From Actinomycetota bacterium (GTDB lineage: Bacteria; Actinomycetota; UBA4738; HRBIN12), in contig DASUPO010000113.1 in NCBI GenBank assembly GCA_036281075.1, forward strand, positions 7,767 through 71,766: 64,000 nt of DNA, read 5' to 3'. Of the stretch, positions 43,323-52,010 are shown in pieces. The notes beneath the pieces were generated by a model that saw only the letters and a program-made list of their open reading frames with translations, was not told the origin of the DNA and made no database searches. Numbering within the stretch: the stretch's first letter is position 1; each line of letters opens with the position of its first letter. The position numbers and the translations under genes are program-made.

Positions 43323-44534
43323 CTAGCGGACCCCGAGGAACGCCGCGAAGACCCGAGCGTAGACGCGCGCGCCGGCCGCGAGCTCGTCGACGCCGATCGA
43401 CTCGTCGGCCATGTGCGCCAGGGTGAGCGACCCCGGCCCCATGATCACCGTCGGGATCCGAGCGTCGTTGATGTAGAAGCGGGCGTCCGTGATCCCGGTG
43501 AAGCCGACGAACGGCGGCGCCGCGCCGGTCTCCACGGCGGTCGCCTCGCGGACGAGGGAGGCGATCGCCGTGTCGCCCGTCGTCTCGGCAGCCTCGGTCC
43601 ACTCTCGTATCGTGAGGTCGATCCGGGTCTCGGGACGCTCGTCGGCGAGGTCGGCGACCAGGCGGCGGAACGGGGCGAGGACGGCCTCCGGGTCTTCTTC
43701 GCCGGGGAGGATCCGCCGGTCGATCTCCACCTCGCATCGATCCGGCACGACGTTCGGGGCGTTCCCGCCGGCGACCATGGCGGCGTTCACGGTTGGCTCG
43801 CCCACCAGGGGATGCACGCGATCGGGCAGGACCTCGGGCAGCCGGAGCACGAACCGAGACATCATGACGATCGCGTTCACGCCCAGGTGGGGCGTCGAGC
43901 CGTGCGCGGCGGCGCCGTGGGCGACGGCGGTCACCCACGCGCCGCCGCGCTCGGCGAGCGCGACCGCGAGCTCGGTCGGCTCCCCGACGATCGCGGCGTC
44001 CTGCTCGAGCAGACCCTGCTCGAGCAGGACCTTCGTCCCGTGGATCCCCGCGTGCTCCTCGTCGGCCACGAGGTGGAGGTCGAGCGTCCCGCCGAGCGAT
44101 CGGCCGGCGCGGCGGACCGCCGCGACGGCCGCGAGCGCCGACGCGATCGGGCCCTTCATGTCGCAGGCGCCCCGGCCGATCAGCCGGCCGTCGATGACCT
44201 CGCCGTCGAACGGACCGTGGGACCAGGTCGCCGGATCGCCGGCCGGCACCGTGTCCAGGTGGCCGTTCCACGCGAGCCGGGGCCCGTCCCCCGACCCGAA
44301 CCGGGCGAGGACGCTCGGCCGGCCCTCGCCGGAGCGGACGATCCGGAGGTCCGCGCCGAGGGCCGTGAGGATGCCGGCCGCGACCTCGGCGACCTCGTCC
44401 TCGGTGCCGCCGGGGTTCTCCGACGGGGCGGCGATCAGCGTGCGGGCGAAGCGCACGGCCTCGTCCGGATCGACCGCGTCCGCGGCGGTGTCGGCCGCCG
44501 CGGACGCGGGGTCCGCGACGTCCTCGCCTACCAT
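43323..44534 (-). CDS. M20-family metallopeptidase (ArgE/DapE-like deacylase)
   Basis: NGHLDTVP ... GRGACDMKG ... DEEHAG ... GVNA. Confidence 0.85.
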   Translation of the reverse strand: MVGEDVADPASAAADTAADAVDPDEAVRFARTLIAAPSENPGGTEDEVAEVAAGILTALGADLRIVRSGEGRPSVLARFGSGDGPRLAWNGHLDTVPAGDPATWSHGPFDGEVIDGRLIGRGACDMKGPIASALAAVAAVRRAGRSLGGTLDLHLVADEEHAGIHGTKVLLEQGLLEQDAAIVGEPTELAVALAERGGAWVTAVAHGAAAHGSTPHLGVNAIVMMSRFVLRLPEVLPDRVHPLVGEPTVNAAMVAGGNAPNVVPDRCEVEIDRRILPGEEDPEAVLAPFRRLVADLADERPETRIDLTIREWTEAAETTGDTAIASLVREATAVETGAAPPFVGFTGITDARFYINDARIPTVIMGPGSLTLAHMADESIGVDELAAGARVYARVFAAFLGVR

Positions 44535-44542
44535 GGCTGCGG

Positions 44543-45127
44543 ATGCTACACGCGCCCTCCCTGCAGGATGCCCTGGTCGCCGCGCTCGAACCGGCGCCGG
44601 CGCACGCGCCGGCGCCGGGCGACCGCCTCGCGGCTGTCCTCGCGCCGCTCGTGGAGACGCCGGAGCCCTCGCTGATCTTCACGGTGCGCTCGGACGCGCT
44701 GTCGCGGCACCCCGGCGAGGTGTCGTTCCCCGGCGGCCTCGTCGACGAGGGTGAGTCGGCGGCCGACGGCGCGCGCCGCGAGGCCTTCGAGGAGATCGGC
44801 CTCGATCCGGCGCTCCCGCGCCTGGTCGGCGCGCTCCCCCCGGTGCACACGTACGTGTCCTCGATCCTCGTCGTGCCGTTCGTCGGGCTCCTGGCCGAGG
44901 CACCTGACCTGTTCGCTGCGGAGGCCGAGATCAAGGAGATCGTGCGCGTGCCGCTCGCGCGGCTCGCGACGCTCGAGGAGCCGATGGAGCTGCCGCGGGG
45001 AGATGGAACGACGTGGCGAGGCTGGGCCTACCCGCTCGACGAGCACACGATCTGGGGGGCGACGGGCCTGATGCTCCATTCGTTCCTCGAGATCCTGCGG
45101 AAGGAGGCGGCATGGACGCTGAGGTGA
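44543..45127 (+). CDS. Nudix CoA pyrophosphatase (NudL-type)
   Basis: LIFTVRSDALSRHPGEVSFPGGLVDEGE (the CoA-ase signature preceding the Nudix box) ...AARREAFEEIG. Confidence 0.85.
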   Translation: MLHAPSLQDALVAALEPAPAHAPAPGDRLAAVLAPLVETPEPSLIFTVRSDALSRHPGEVSFPGGLVDEGESAADGARREAFEEIGLDPALPRLVGALPPVHTYVSSILVVPFVGLLAEAPDLFAAEAEIKEIVRVPLARLATLEEPMELPRGDGTTWRGWAYPLDEHTIWGATGLMLHSFLEILRKEAAWTLR

Positions 45128-45558
45128 ACGCACGGCGGAAGGAGCTGCGCCGGCTGCTCGGCGAGGCCGAGACGATCGCCGTCGTGGGGCTCTCGTCGAA
45201 GCCGGATCGGCCCTCGTATGAGGTCGCGGAGTACCTGCAGGAGCACGGCTACCGGATCGTGCCGGTGAACCCGCAGGAGACCGAGGTCCTGGGCGAACAG
45301 GCATACCCGACGCTCGACGACGTGCCGAAGGACATCCGGATCGACGTCGTCGACGTCTTCCGTCGTCCGGAGCACACGCCTGACGTGGCACGCGAGGCCG
45401 TGGCGATCGGTGCGAAGACCCTGTGGCTCCAGGAAGGGATCGTGAACGAGGAGGCGTACCGCATCGCGGAGGACGCCGGGCTCCACGTGATCATGGGCGT
45501 GTGCATCATGAAGACCCGACAACGGCTGATCGACGTGGACGGAGGACCTGAACGATGA
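45112..45558 (+). CDS. CoA-binding domain protein (YccU/YneT-like)
   Basis: ATG after AAGGAGG. IAVVGLSSKPDRPSYEVAEYL..GYRIVPVNP. Overlaps the Nudix 3' end by 16 nt. Confidence 0.85.
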   Translation: MDAEVNARRKELRRLLGEAETIAVVGLSSKPDRPSYEVAEYLQEHGYRIVPVNPQETEVLGEQAYPTLDDVPKDIRIDVVDVFRRPEHTPDVAREAVAIGAKTLWLQEGIVNEEAYRIAEDAGLHVIMGVCIMKTRQRLIDVDGGPER

Positions 45559-45716
45559 CGTGGGAGTACTTCGTGGCGCCGCTGCTCGAGCACAACCCCG
45601 GCGAGATCCTGAACAACTTCGGCGAGGACGGTTGGGAGCTCGTGACGATCGTCCAGCAGCAGACGCCGGCGGGCGGCGTGTCGCTCGTGGCGTACCTGAA
45701 GCGCTCGCGCTCCTAG
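45555..45716 (+). CDS. Small DUF4177-like protein (53 aa; below the ORF-track size cutoff)
   Basis: ATGA overlap with the previous stop. MTWEYFVAPLLEHNPGEILNNFGEDGWELVTIVQQQTPAGGVSLVAYLKRSRS. GC-rich third positions. Confidence 0.5.
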   Translation: MTWEYFVAPLLEHNPGEILNNFGEDGWELVTIVQQQTPAGGVSLVAYLKRSRS

Positions 45717-45726
45717 CCGCGCGACC

Positions 45727-46851
45727 TCACCCAAGTGCCTGGTCGAGGTCCGCGATCAGGTCGTCGACGTGTTCGATGCCGACCGAGAGCCGGACGAGGT
45801 TCGGCGGCACCTCGCACGGCGAGCCGGCCACGCTGGCGTGCGTCATCGCGCCGGGGACCTCGATCAGGGACTCGACGCCGCCGAGGGACTCGGCCAGGAA
45901 GAACAGCTCGGTGCGCTCGGCGACGGCCACCGCCTCCTCCGCGGAGCCGACCTCGAAGGACACCATCCCGCCGAACGAAGACATCTGCCGCGCGGCGACG
46001 TCGTGTCGCGGGTGCGTCGGGAGTCCCGGGTAGTACACGCGATCGACGCGGGCGTCCTCGGCGAGCCAGCCGGCCACCGCGGCCGCGTTCTCCGAGTGCT
46101 TGGCCATCCGGATCGCGAGCGTCTTCAGGCCGCGGAGACCGAGGTAGCAGTCCATCGGGCCCGGGACGGCGCCGACGGCGTTCGTAAGGAACGCGAGCGA
46201 CTCGATCCAGTCCGGGTCGCTCGTCACCGCGACTCCGCCGATCAGGTCGGAGTGACCCCCGATGTACTTCGTCACGCTGTGCACGACGGCATCGGCGCCC
46301 CGCTCGAGCGGTCGCTGGAGCGCGGGGGTGGCGAAGGTGTTGTCCACGACGACGCGCGCGCCGGCGTCGTGGGCGATCCGCGACACGGCCTCCACGTCCA
46401 CGACCTTCAGCAGCGGGTTCGACGGCGTCTCGAACCAGACGACGCGCGTCTCGTCGCGGATCGCCCCTCGCAGCTCGTCGAGGTCGGCGATGTCGACCGT
46501 CGTGAAGGAGAGCCCCCACGGGTCGAGCACCCTGGCGAGGAGCCGGTAGGTCCCGCCGTACACGTCGTCGGGGATCACGACGTGATCGCCCGGGCGCAGG
46601 GACAACAGCAGCGTGGTCTCGGCGGCCATCCCGCTGCCGAAGGCGAAGGCGCGTGCGCCGCCCTCCAGGGCGGCGAGCGCGGTCTGGAACGCCTCGCGCG
46701 TGGGGTTGCCCCCGCGCGCGTAGTCGAACACCTTCGGCTCGCCGACCGACGGCTGCATGTACGTGGACGTCTGGAAGATCGGGACGTTCACCGACCCGTA
46801 GAGCTCGTCGGGATCCTGGCCGGCGTGGATCGCGGCGGTTTCGAACCTCAT
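45727..46851 (-). CDS. Cystathionine gamma-lyase / gamma-synthase (PLP, Cys/Met metabolism family)
   Basis: From MRFETAAIHAG. SGMAA, ...HSVTKYIGGHSD (PLP Lys). The ATG overlaps the upstream stop (ATGA). Confidence 0.9.
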   Translation of the reverse strand: MRFETAAIHAGQDPDELYGSVNVPIFQTSTYMQPSVGEPKVFDYARGGNPTREAFQTALAALEGGARAFAFGSGMAAETTLLLSLRPGDHVVIPDDVYGGTYRLLARVLDPWGLSFTTVDIADLDELRGAIRDETRVVWFETPSNPLLKVVDVEAVSRIAHDAGARVVVDNTFATPALQRPLERGADAVVHSVTKYIGGHSDLIGGVAVTSDPDWIESLAFLTNAVGAVPGPMDCYLGLRGLKTLAIRMAKHSENAAAVAGWLAEDARVDRVYYPGLPTHPRHDVAARQMSSFGGMVSFEVGSAEEAVAVAERTELFFLAESLGGVESLIEVPGAMTHASVAGSPCEVPPNLVRLSVGIEHVDDLIADLDQALG

Positions 46852-47690
46852 CGGACCTCGGGGGGCAGCGCCCATCCTCGTCTCCTCAGCTCCTGGGTGG
46901 CGTCTCGCCCGTCACGGGCGAGGCGCCACAGCATGGACTTGCGCTTCGCGTCGTGACCCGGCGCGAACTCCGAGCGCGTGAGCGCGTGACAGTCGGGGTC
47001 GCCGCACGCACAGAAGCGGAACAGCGGCGTGGCGACGAACGGCGTCTCCTCGACGCAGGCGACGTACGGCCGGGCCGGCAGCGTCACGACCGGGAGCACG
47101 ATCACGCCCTCCCGCGGGTCCCCGGGCGAGAAGTGCTTGCCCTGGAGGGCGAGGAGGCAGGTCAGCGCGCAGAGCCCCGCGTCCACGAGGTCCGCCGAGC
47201 CCAGGTGGTCCGTCCGGACGCCCTGGGCCCGCAGGACCCCCTCCCGCCACGTCCTCTTCCGCACGCCCTTCGGTCGCAGGCACCCGGTCAGGACCGTGGC
47301 GCTCCCGTGCGGGAACACCTCCATCGCCGTGCCCTTCGGGTCGCCCGCCCCGTAGCGTGGGAACCCCGCCTTCGCCGCCGTGCGGAAGACGCGGAACCCC
47401 ACCTCCATCCAGGCGTAGAACGCATGGCCCTTCCCGTTCGCGGCGGCGGGCGTGTTGAAGCTGTGGATGTTGAACTCCGAGAGCGTCCGCTCCGTGAGAC
47501 GCGAACCACTCGTCGTCGCCCAGCCGGGCGGGGAGTCGATCCCGATCGCGTCGGGCGCGAGGTCCTCGAGCATCCGAGGGAGCCGCTCGAGCCCGACCCG
47601 GGGGATCACGTCGAGCGGCACCCGTCGCTCGTCGATCAGGACGAGATCGAGCCCCTTGCCGACGCCGACGTCGATCCCGAGCGCGCGCAC
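46848..47690 (-). CDS. DUF429-like (RNase H-fold) protein with a Cys-rich C-terminal tail
   Basis: MRALGIDVGVGKGLDLVLID ... PDAIGIDSPPGW resembles the DUF429 / YqgF-like pattern. C-terminus FCACGDPDCHALT...FAPGHDAKRK. Confidence 0.6.
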   Translation of the reverse strand: MRALGIDVGVGKGLDLVLIDERRVPLDVIPRVGLERLPRMLEDLAPDAIGIDSPPGWATTSGSRLTERTLSEFNIHSFNTPAAANGKGHAFYAWMEVGFRVFRTAAKAGFPRYGAGDPKGTAMEVFPHGSATVLTGCLRPKGVRKRTWREGVLRAQGVRTDHLGSADLVDAGLCALTCLLALQGKHFSPGDPREGVIVLPVVTLPARPYVACVEETPFVATPLFRFCACGDPDCHALTRSEFAPGHDAKRKSMLWRLARDGRDATQELRRRGWALPPEVR

Positions 47691-47699
47691 GCGCGGAGC

Positions 47700-49073
47700 C
47701 TACGCCCGACGGCGTCGGGCGAGGAACTCGAGGAGGTCGCTCCGGGTCAGCACCCCGAGCGCCTGGCCCGACTTCGTCACGACGACGGCCGGCGTGCGCT
47801 CCAGCTCCGTGAACGCGACCTCGACGGGGGCGTCCCACTCGACCATCGGGATCGGCGGGCCCATCGCCTCGGCGACGTCGGCCTGCAGCGCGTCCGGGTC
47901 GCGGAACACGCGCTCGAGCAGCTCCCGGTCGCGGATCGAGCCGACGAACTGCGAGACCTCGGTCGAGGGTTCCCGGACCACCGGCGCCTGGGAGATCCCG
48001 TGCTCCTGCAGCGTCTCGACCGCCTGACGGACCTTGTCGTGCGCGGCCACGGTGATCAGGGCCGGCATCTCCGAGGACTTCGCGGACAGGACCTCCTCGA
48101 CCCGCACGATCTCGGGCCGCTCGAGCATCCCGTGCTGGAGCATCCAGGTTTCCGAGTAGAGCTTCGACATGTACTGCCGCCCCGAGTCAGGCAGCAGGAC
48201 CACGATCGTCGCCTCCGGATCGTCGAGGTTGCGGGCGACCTGCAGGGCGGCGAAGACCGCGGTACCGCCCGAGCCCCCGACCAGGATCCCCTCCTGTCGG
48301 GTGATCGCGCGCGCCGTCAGGAAGGAATCGCGGTCCGAGACGCGGACGTAGTGATCGACGACGGCCGGGTCGAACGTCGTAGGGAAGAAGTCCTCGCCGA
48401 TCCCCTCGACGAGGTACGGACGCGGTGTGTCGCCCGAATACACGGAGCCCTCCGGGTCGGCGCCGACGACGAGGACGTCGGGATCCTGTTCCTTCAGGTA
48501 ACGGCCCGCGCCGGAGATCGTGCCGCCGGTCCCCACGCCGCAGACGAACGCGGCCAGCGCGCCGCCGGTCTGCTGCCAGATCTCGGGGCCCGTGGTCTCG
48601 TAGTGCACCTGCGGGTTCACGGGGTTGTGGTACTGGTTCGGCTGGAAGGCCCCCGGGATCTCGGCGGCCAACCGATCGGCCACCCGGTAGTAGCTCTCCG
48701 GCGACTCGGGCGCCACGGCCGTCGGGCAGACCACGACCTCGGCGCCGTACGCGCGGAGGAGCGAGATCTTCTCCTGGCTCATCTTGTCGGGCATCACGAA
48801 GATGCACCGGTAGCCACGGATCGCGGCGGCGATCGCCAGGCCGTGGCCCGTGTTCCCCGACGTCGGCTCCACGATCGTGCCGCCCGGCTTCAGGAGGCCG
48901 TCCCGCTCGGCCGCCTCGATCATCTTCAGGCCGATCCGGTCCTTCACCGAGCCGCCGGGGTTCAGCATCTCGAGCTTCGCCAGGACCCGTGGCTTGACGC
49001 CTCGCGTGACGGATCGCAGCCGGACGAGCGGCGTGTCGCCCATCGCGTCGAGGAACGAGTCGAGCACGGTCAC
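47700..49073 (-). CDS. Cystathionine beta-synthase (PLP domain plus tandem CBS domains)
   Basis: 457 aa from GTG after GAAGGAG. NPGGSVKDR, PTSGNTG, GVGTGGTISG. The C-terminal CBS pair is present (…GISQAPVV… …AVVVTK…). Confidence 0.9.
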   Translation of the reverse strand: MTVLDSFLDAMGDTPLVRLRSVTRGVKPRVLAKLEMLNPGGSVKDRIGLKMIEAAERDGLLKPGGTIVEPTSGNTGHGLAIAAAIRGYRCIFVMPDKMSQEKISLLRAYGAEVVVCPTAVAPESPESYYRVADRLAAEIPGAFQPNQYHNPVNPQVHYETTGPEIWQQTGGALAAFVCGVGTGGTISGAGRYLKEQDPDVLVVGADPEGSVYSGDTPRPYLVEGIGEDFFPTTFDPAVVDHYVRVSDRDSFLTARAITRQEGILVGGSGGTAVFAALQVARNLDDPEATIVVLLPDSGRQYMSKLYSETWMLQHGMLERPEIVRVEEVLSAKSSEMPALITVAAHDKVRQAVETLQEHGISQAPVVREPSTEVSQFVGSIRDRELLERVFRDPDALQADVAEAMGPPIPMVEWDAPVEVAFTELERTPAVVVTKSGQALGVLTRSDLLEFLARRRRA

Positions 49074-49173
49074 GGGATCTCCTTCGCGACCCGAGGAGGT
49101 CGGGGAACCATCGTGCCACGCGCCGGAGGGAACGTCCCGCGCCTCCCCGGTCCGCTGAAGGTGCGGGGGTAGC

Positions 49174-50217
49174 ATGCCGATGTTCCTGGACATGCAGCCA
49201 CTCACGACGGGAGACGGTGCGGTGACGGACGATGGGACGTCGCGGGAGGGGCCGGCCGCGGCGATGCCCGGCGTCGACCCCGGCGGCGGCGGCGAGAGCC
49301 TTCTCGTGGTCGACGACGACCCGTTCATCGCGCGCCTGCTCGAGATCGAGCTGAAGGCCGCCGGCTACGACGTGCGCGTCGCGAGCGACGGCGAGCAGGC
49401 GCTCGCGGCCGCTCGGGAGCGCCCGCCCCAGCTCGTCCTGGCCGACGTGATGATGCCCAACATGGACGGGTTCGAGCTCACCCGGCGGCTCCGACAGGAC
49501 CCGACGACCGCGACCGTGTCGGTGATCATGCTGACGGCGCGCGGTCTGTCCGCCGACAAGCTCGAGGGCTTCGCGATCGGTGCGGACGACTACATCGTGA
49601 AGCCCTTCGACACCCCCGAGCTCCTCGCCCGGATCCGTGGGGTGCTGAACCGCGCGAGCGACACCCGGTCGCTCTCGCCGATGACCGGGCTCGCCGGCAA
49701 CGTGGCGATCGAGGACGAGATCGAGCGACGCGTTGCGAGCGCCGAGGCGTTCGCGATCCTCTATGCGGACCTGGACGGGTTCAAGGCCTACAACGACCGG
49801 TACGGGTTCCTGCGCGGCGACGAGGTGATCCGGGAGACCGCCCGCGTGATCGGCGAGGCCACGGCCGCGGTCGTCGGCGCGGAAACGTTCGTGGGCCACG
49901 CGGGCGGCGACGATTTCGTGGTGGTGGTGCCGCCCGAGCACGCGACGGCGACCGCCCAGCGGATCGTGCAGGACTTCGACGAGATGGTCCCGGGTCTCTA
50001 CGACGTGGACGACCGGGCGAACGGATACGTCGAGGTGACGAACCGCCGCGGAGATCCGCAACGGTTCCCGCTGCTCACGCTCTCGATCGGCGTCGCGTCG
50101 ACCGAGAAGCGGGCCTTCCGTCACTACGCTGAGGCGGTCACCGTCGCGATGGAGATGAAGCAGTACACGAAGGAGACCGGCGCCTCCTCGTGGTCGATCG
50201 ACCGACGCTCGAGCTGA
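49174..50217 (+). CDS. Response-regulator receiver fused to a GGDEF domain (motif reads GGDDF)
   Basis: REC: LLVVDDD, LVLADVMMPNMDG, MLTARG, GADDYIVKPF. GGDEF: YADLDGFKAYNDRYGFLRGDEV, GHAGGDDFVVVV, LSIGVAS. Confidence 0.85.
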   Translation: MPMFLDMQPLTTGDGAVTDDGTSREGPAAAMPGVDPGGGGESLLVVDDDPFIARLLEIELKAAGYDVRVASDGEQALAAARERPPQLVLADVMMPNMDGFELTRRLRQDPTTATVSVIMLTARGLSADKLEGFAIGADDYIVKPFDTPELLARIRGVLNRASDTRSLSPMTGLAGNVAIEDEIERRVASAEAFAILYADLDGFKAYNDRYGFLRGDEVIRETARVIGEATAAVVGAETFVGHAGGDDFVVVVPPEHATATAQRIVQDFDEMVPGLYDVDDRANGYVEVTNRRGDPQRFPLLTLSIGVASTEKRAFRHYAEAVTVAMEMKQYTKETGASSWSIDRRSS

Positions 50218-50230
50218 GCGGCCGCCTGCC

Positions 50231-50713
50231 GTGACCCGCTCGGGACGGACACCCCGCCCGATCGTGATCGAGGTCCTGGAGACGATGCCCGGACCGCCCG
50301 AGGTCGTCTGGGCGCTGATCACCGACTGGGAGAACCAGGACGACTGGATGCTCGAGGCCTCCGACTTCGAGGTGATCGGCGAACGGCGCGAGGGCGTCGG
50401 CGTGGAGGCCGAGGCCACGGTGCGGATCGCGGGCCTCCGGACGCGGGATCGGATCCGCGTCGGGCTCTGGGAGCCGCCCCGGATCCTCGTGATCGATCAC
50501 CTCGGCTGGGTGAAGGGCACGGGCGAGATCCAGCTGGTCCCGATCGAGGGCGGGACCCGGCTGCGCTGGCGGGAGTCGCTGTTCGCACCGAGGCTCCTCG
50601 GACCGATCGGCCGGGTGGGGCTCCGGTTCTTCGCGCCGCTGCTGCGTCGCACGTTCCGCCGGGACCTGCGCGTGCTCCGGAGCCTCGTGCGGTCGCGGGC
50701 AGGCGGCGACTGA
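50231..50713 (+). CDS. SRPBCC (START/polyketide-cyclase-like) family protein
   Basis: 160 aa. PPEVVWALITDWENQDDWM is typical of SRPBCC N-termini. Confidence 0.65.
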   Translation: MTRSGRTPRPIVIEVLETMPGPPEVVWALITDWENQDDWMLEASDFEVIGERREGVGVEAEATVRIAGLRTRDRIRVGLWEPPRILVIDHLGWVKGTGEIQLVPIEGGTRLRWRESLFAPRLLGPIGRVGLRFFAPLLRRTFRRDLRVLRSLVRSRAGGD

Positions 50714-50715
50714 AC

Positions 50716-51909
50716 TCAGCCGAGCGGCGCGGGTCGGCCCAGGTGGAAGCCCTGGCCGTATCGGACGCCGAGGTGGCGGAGGGCTTCCAGCTCGCCGACC
50801 GTCTCGATCCCTTCGGCGAGGATCGTCATGTCCGTGTCCTCGGCGAACGAGATCAGCGCCGCCGCCAGCGCGCGCCGTCCGGTGTCCCGATCGATCCCGC
50901 GGGTGAGGGAGATGTCCATCTTCACCATGTCAGGCGCGAGCTGCAGCGCGTGCCGCAGGCTCGCGTAGCCGGCGCCGACGTCGTCGACGGCGACGCGGAG
51001 CCCGCGCTCGCGGAGGGGCGCCAGCCCCTCCGCGAGGGCCCCGTAGTCGTCGATCGCCTCGTGTTCGGTGATCTCGAGCACGAGGCGATCCTCGATCCCG
51101 GCCAGCCGCTCGACGAACCCCGGCGACACGGCCGCGCGATGCGAGGCGTTCACGGCGAGGAACGCGCCGTCGTGGATCTTCGGCAGTCCCCGGAGGGCCT
51201 CGAGCAGCGTCCGGAGCTCGAGCTGGAGCCCGAGCTCGCAGGCGATCGCGTCGGAGAACCAACGGTCCGGCGAGCGGACGGGGATCGATCCGAACCGCGC
51301 GAGCGCCTCGACCCCGATCCGCGTTCGCGTCTCCAGGTCGACGACCGGCTGGTACACGATCCAGACCCCGTGCCCCGATACGAAGCGCTCCACGTCGCCG
51401 CGGATCGCGTCGTCCGCCTCGCGCTCGATCTCCTCGCGCCGGAGCTGCGTCGCGAGCTCCGCGACGACGCCCGTCATCACCTCGGCGGACAAGCTCGTTC
51501 CGCCCCGAGCGACCGTCGCGATCCCGTCCACGAGCTCGTCCGCGGCCGTTCCTTTCACCAGGTAGCCGACCGCCCCGGCCCGGAGCATCGCCAGGACGTT
51601 CGCCCGGTCCTCGTACGCGGAGAGCGCGACCACGCGCGTGCCCGGGGACACGCGCGTGATGCCGCGCGCGGCGTGCGGCCCGCCGCCCTCGGGCATCCGG
51701 ACGTCGACGAGCGCGACGTCCGGTCGGTTCTCCTCCGCCATCCGGATCGCCTCCTCCGCGTCCGCAGCGGTCCCGACGAGCTCGACGCGCTCCTCGTGGC
51801 CGAGGAGCTCCGTGAGCGCGGTTCGGAGCGCGGGCTCGTCGTCGGCGAGCAGGACCCTGATCGGGTCGGTCCGCGGGACGAGACGGAGGAAGCTTCCGTC
51901 GGAGGCCAT
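50716..51909 (-). CDS. Response-regulator receiver fused to an EAL phosphodiesterase
   Basis: REC: [30 protein letters not shown]: [49 protein letters not shown]. Confidence 0.88.
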   Translation of the reverse strand: MASDGSFLRLVPRTDPIRVLLADDEPALRTALTELLGHEERVELVGTAADAEEAIRMAEENRPDVALVDVRMPEGGGPHAARGITRVSPGTRVVALSAYEDRANVLAMLRAGAVGYLVKGTAADELVDGIATVARGGTSLSAEVMTGVVAELATQLRREEIEREADDAIRGDVERFVSGHGVWIVYQPVVDLETRTRIGVEALARFGSIPVRSPDRWFSDAIACELGLQLELRTLLEALRGLPKIHDGAFLAVNASHRAAVSPGFVERLAGIEDRLVLEITEHEAIDDYGALAEGLAPLRERGLRVAVDDVGAGYASLRHALQLAPDMVKMDISLTRGIDRDTGRRALAAALISFAEDTDMTILAEGIETVGELEALRHLGVRYGQGFHLGRPAPLG

Positions 51910-52010
51910 CGCGCCGGACGGTACCTGCGCGTTCGGGGCCGCTCAAGCACCCGGCTACCATCTCCGCCGTAGCCCGGGTGGGGGTTACCCGAACGGAGGT
52001 ACCGTCCAGG

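Noticed and set aside
41947-44934. A 995-aa ORF suggesting one giant protein.
   Set aside because: Only the last 456 aa (from GTG 43317) form the FAD disulfide oxidoreductase. The upstream 540 aa are low-complexity and lie out of frame over the M20 peptidase gene (43323..44534), which has clear motifs.
49074-49173. A SAM or SAH riboswitch in front of the CBS/CGL operon, and likewise before metF at 53682-53721.
   Set aside because: The spacers are short (100 nt and 40 nt) and shared with a divergent or preceding gene. No SAM-I, SAM-II or SAM-IV core strings were recognisable by eye.
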